Positions 61,156 through 64,000 of a DNA stretch of 64,000 nucleotides are shown here, one piece after another. Position 1 is the stretch's first letter, and every line of letters begins with the position of its first letter. The stretch spans positions 198,028,001-198,092,000 of the forward strand of contig OZ038378.1 in the NCBI GenBank assembly GCA_964036045.1, read 5' to 3'. The notes beneath the pieces are model-generated. The model was not told the origin of the DNA, ran no database searches, and saw nothing but the letters and a program-made list of their open reading frames with translations. The DNA comes from Eutreptiella sp. 'Long Island Sound 2002' (lineage: Eukaryota; Protista; Euglenida). A program made the translations under genes and the position numbers.

Positions 61156-64000
61156 CTATTGCCTTCGGCAAGTCCACCTCGCAGAGATTCTACCCCAAGC
61201 CACACACACCCTAAGTAGGGTAAAAACTACATAAATACGGCCTAAAAAATGCTTTACATACCTTGGATGGTCATTTTAAGTGGTGACAATATCAAAAAAA
61301 CAAGTTTCAGAAACTTCGATTTTTGAGCTGCCCAGGGTGAAAAACTACATAAGCAGGTTGTGTACCAATCCCTTGGGAGACCCCCCCCCCCCCGTGCGGC
61401 CAATACCCAAATAGGGTGAAAAACATGTAAATACGGCCTAAAACGTGCTTTTCATACCTTGGATGGTCATTGTAAGTGGTGACAATATCAAAAAAAAGAG
61501 TTTCTAAAACTTCGATTTTTGAGCTGCCCAGGTTGAAAACCTGCATAAGCAGGCTGTGTACCAATCCCTTGGGAGACCCCCCCCCCCCCGGACCTAATAC
61601 CCAAATAGGGTGAAAAACACGTAAATACGGCCTAAAACATGCTTTACCTACCTTGGATGGTCATTTTAGGTGATCCAAATTTCATAACAACCAGTTTTGA
61701 AAACTTCTATTTTTGAGCTGCCCAGGGAGAAAAATTGCATAGGCAGGTTGTGTACCAATCCCTTGGGAGACACCCCCCCCAGGACCTAATACCCCAATAG
61801 GGTGAAATATACGTAAATACGGCCTAAAACATGCTTTACATACCTTGAATGGTCATTTTAGGTGATCACAATATCATAAAAACCAGTTTTGAAAACTTCG
61901 GTTTTTGAGCTGCCCAGGGTGAAAAACTGCATAAGCACGTTGTGTACCAATCCCTTGGAAGCCCCCCCCCTCCCCCCCGGACCTAATACCCAAATAGGGT
62001 GAAAAACATGTAAATACGGCCTAAAACATGCTTTACATACCTTGGATGGTCATTTTGGGTGGTCACAATATCAAAAAAACAAGTTTCAAAAACTTCGATT
62101 TTTGAGCTGCCCGGGTTGAAAAACTGCATAAGCAGGTGGTGTACCAATCCCTTGGGAGACCCCCCCCCCCCCCCCCCGGACCTAATACCCAAATAGGATG
62201 AAAAACACGCAAATACAGCCTAAAACATGCTTTACATATCATGGATGGTCATTTTGGGTGGTCATAACATCAAAAAAAAAGTTTCGAAAATTCTATTGCC
62301 TTCGGCAAGTCCACCTCGCAGAGATTCTACCCCAAGCCACACACACCCTAAATAGGGTAAAAACTACATAAATACGGCCTAAAAAATGCTTTATATACCT
62401 TGGATGGTCATTTTAAGTGGTGACAATATCAAAAAAACAGTTTCGAAAACTTCGATTTTTGAGCTGCCCAGGGTGAAAAACTGCATAAGCAGGTTGTGTA
62501 CCAATCCCTTGGGAGACCCCCCCCCCCCCCCCCCGTGCAGCCAATACCCAAATAGGGTGAAAAACATGTAAATACGGCCTAAAACATGCTTTACATACCT
62601 TGGATGGTCATTTCAAGTGGTGACAATATCAAAAAAACAAGTTTCAAAAACTTCGAATTTTTGAGCTGCCCGGGTTGAAAAGTTGCATAAGCAGGTTGTG
62701 TATCAACCCCTTGGGAGACCCCCCCCAAAGACCTAATACCCAAATAGGATGAAAACACGCAAATACAGCCTAAAACATGCTTTACATACCTTGGATGGTC
62801 ATTTCAAGTGGTGACAATATCAAAAAAACAAGTTTCAGAAACTTCGATTTTTGAGCTGCCCAGGTTGAAAAAATTGCATAAGCAGGTTGTGTACCAATCC
62901 CTTGGGAGACAGCCCCCCCCCCCCCCCCCCCCCCGTGCGGCTAATACCCAAATAGGGTGAAATATACGTAAATACGGCCTAAAATATGCTTTACATACCT
63001 TGGATGGTCATTTTAGGTGATCACAATATCATAAAAACCAGTTTTGAAAATTCTATTGCCTTCGGCAAGTCCACCTCGCAGAGAATCTACCGCGCGCAAC
63101 ACACACCCAAAATAGGGTGGAAACTACATAAATACCGGCTAAAACATGCTTTACATACCTTGGATGATCATTTTAGGTGATCACGGTATCAAAAAAACAA
63201 GTTTCGAAAACTTCGATTTTTGAGCTGCCTAGGGTGACAAACTGCATCAGCAGGTTGTGTACCAATCCCTTGGAGGACCCCCCCCCCTTGGACCTAATAC
63301 CCAAATCGGGTGAAAAACACGTAAATACGGCCTAAAACATGCTTTACATACCTTGGATGGTCATTTTAGGTGATCACAATATCACAAAAACAAGTTTCAA
63401 AAACTTCCATTTTTGAGCTGTCCGGGTGAAAAACTGCATAAGCAGGTTGTGCACCCGTCCCTTGGGAGACCCCCCCCCCCCCCCCCGACCTAATACCCAA
63501 ATAGGGTGAAAAACACGTAAATACGGCCTAAAACATGCTTTACATACCTTGGATGGTCATTTTAGGTGGTCACAATATCAAAAAAATATGTTTCAAAAAC
63601 TTCCATTTTTGAGCTGTCCGGGGTGAAAAACCGCATAAGCAGGTTGTGCACCCGTCCCTTGGGAGCCCCCCCCGCCCCCCCCCCCCCCCCCCCCCCGACC
63701 CAATACCCAAAAAGGGTGAAAAACACGTAAATACGGCCTAAAACATGCTTTCCATAGCTTGGATGGTCATTTTAAGTGGTCACAATCTCAAAAAACAAGT
63801 TTCGAAAACTTCGATTTTTGAGCTGTCCGGGTTGAAAAACTGCATAAGTAGGTTGTGCACCCGTCCCTTAGGAGACACCCCCCCCCCGGACCCAACACCG
63901 AAATAGGGTGAAAAACACGTAAATACGGCCTAAATCATGCTTTGCATAGCTTGAAATGTCATTTTGGGTGGTCACAATATCAAAAAAAAAAAAGTTTCGA
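61155..64000 (+). repeat. Satellite array 2, ~190-200 bp monomer, continues past the window end
   Basis: CCTAAAAC at 61631, 61823, 62020, 62219 etc. Length variation comes from the poly-C tract. A variant sub-unit ATTCTATTGCCTTCGGCAAGTCCACCTCGCAGAG occurs at ~61153, ~62290 and ~63050. Confidence 0.95.

Noticed and set aside
58905-64000. Repeated short ORFs (e.g. MVILGDH.., FFTLDSSKIEVFET) as a protein family
   Set aside because: They are translations of satellite monomers, broken by poly-C length changes.
1-64000. rRNA or tRNA genes
   Set aside because: No conserved rRNA segments or cloverleaf with T-loop/D-loop consensus were recognised by eye. tRNAscan-SE or Infernal would be decisive.

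Overview
Repeat-rich eukaryotic DNA with GT-AG introns and many poly-C/G tracts. The gene families and possible trans-splice acceptors are reminiscent of a euglenoid, but this is inference only. Host genes: a three-exon GT49 (LARGE/B4GAT1-like) glycosyltransferase (minus, 23343-11186), exon 1 of a tandem paralogue (6797-6156) and an intronless F-box-like/LRR gene (56329-54818). The rest is mostly transposon debris: several decayed non-LTR retrotransposons, a PIF/Harbinger family with short GGGGG-starting TIRs and 3-bp TSDs, micro/minisatellites, and a ~190-200 bp satellite from ~58.9 kb to the end. The main discovery is an apparently full-length 6.5-kb Academ-like DNA transposon (34400-40920) with perfect 26-bp TIRs and a 3-bp TSD. 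It carries a DDE transposase and a six-exon accessory gene with no recognisable helicase or XPG domain. It also carries nine copies of the palindrome GGGCACTGCAGTGCCC, placed in its subterminal regions, its introns and once in coding sequence. No rRNA, tRNA or CRISPR array was recognised. All family assignments rest on motif recognition by eye, not on database searches.
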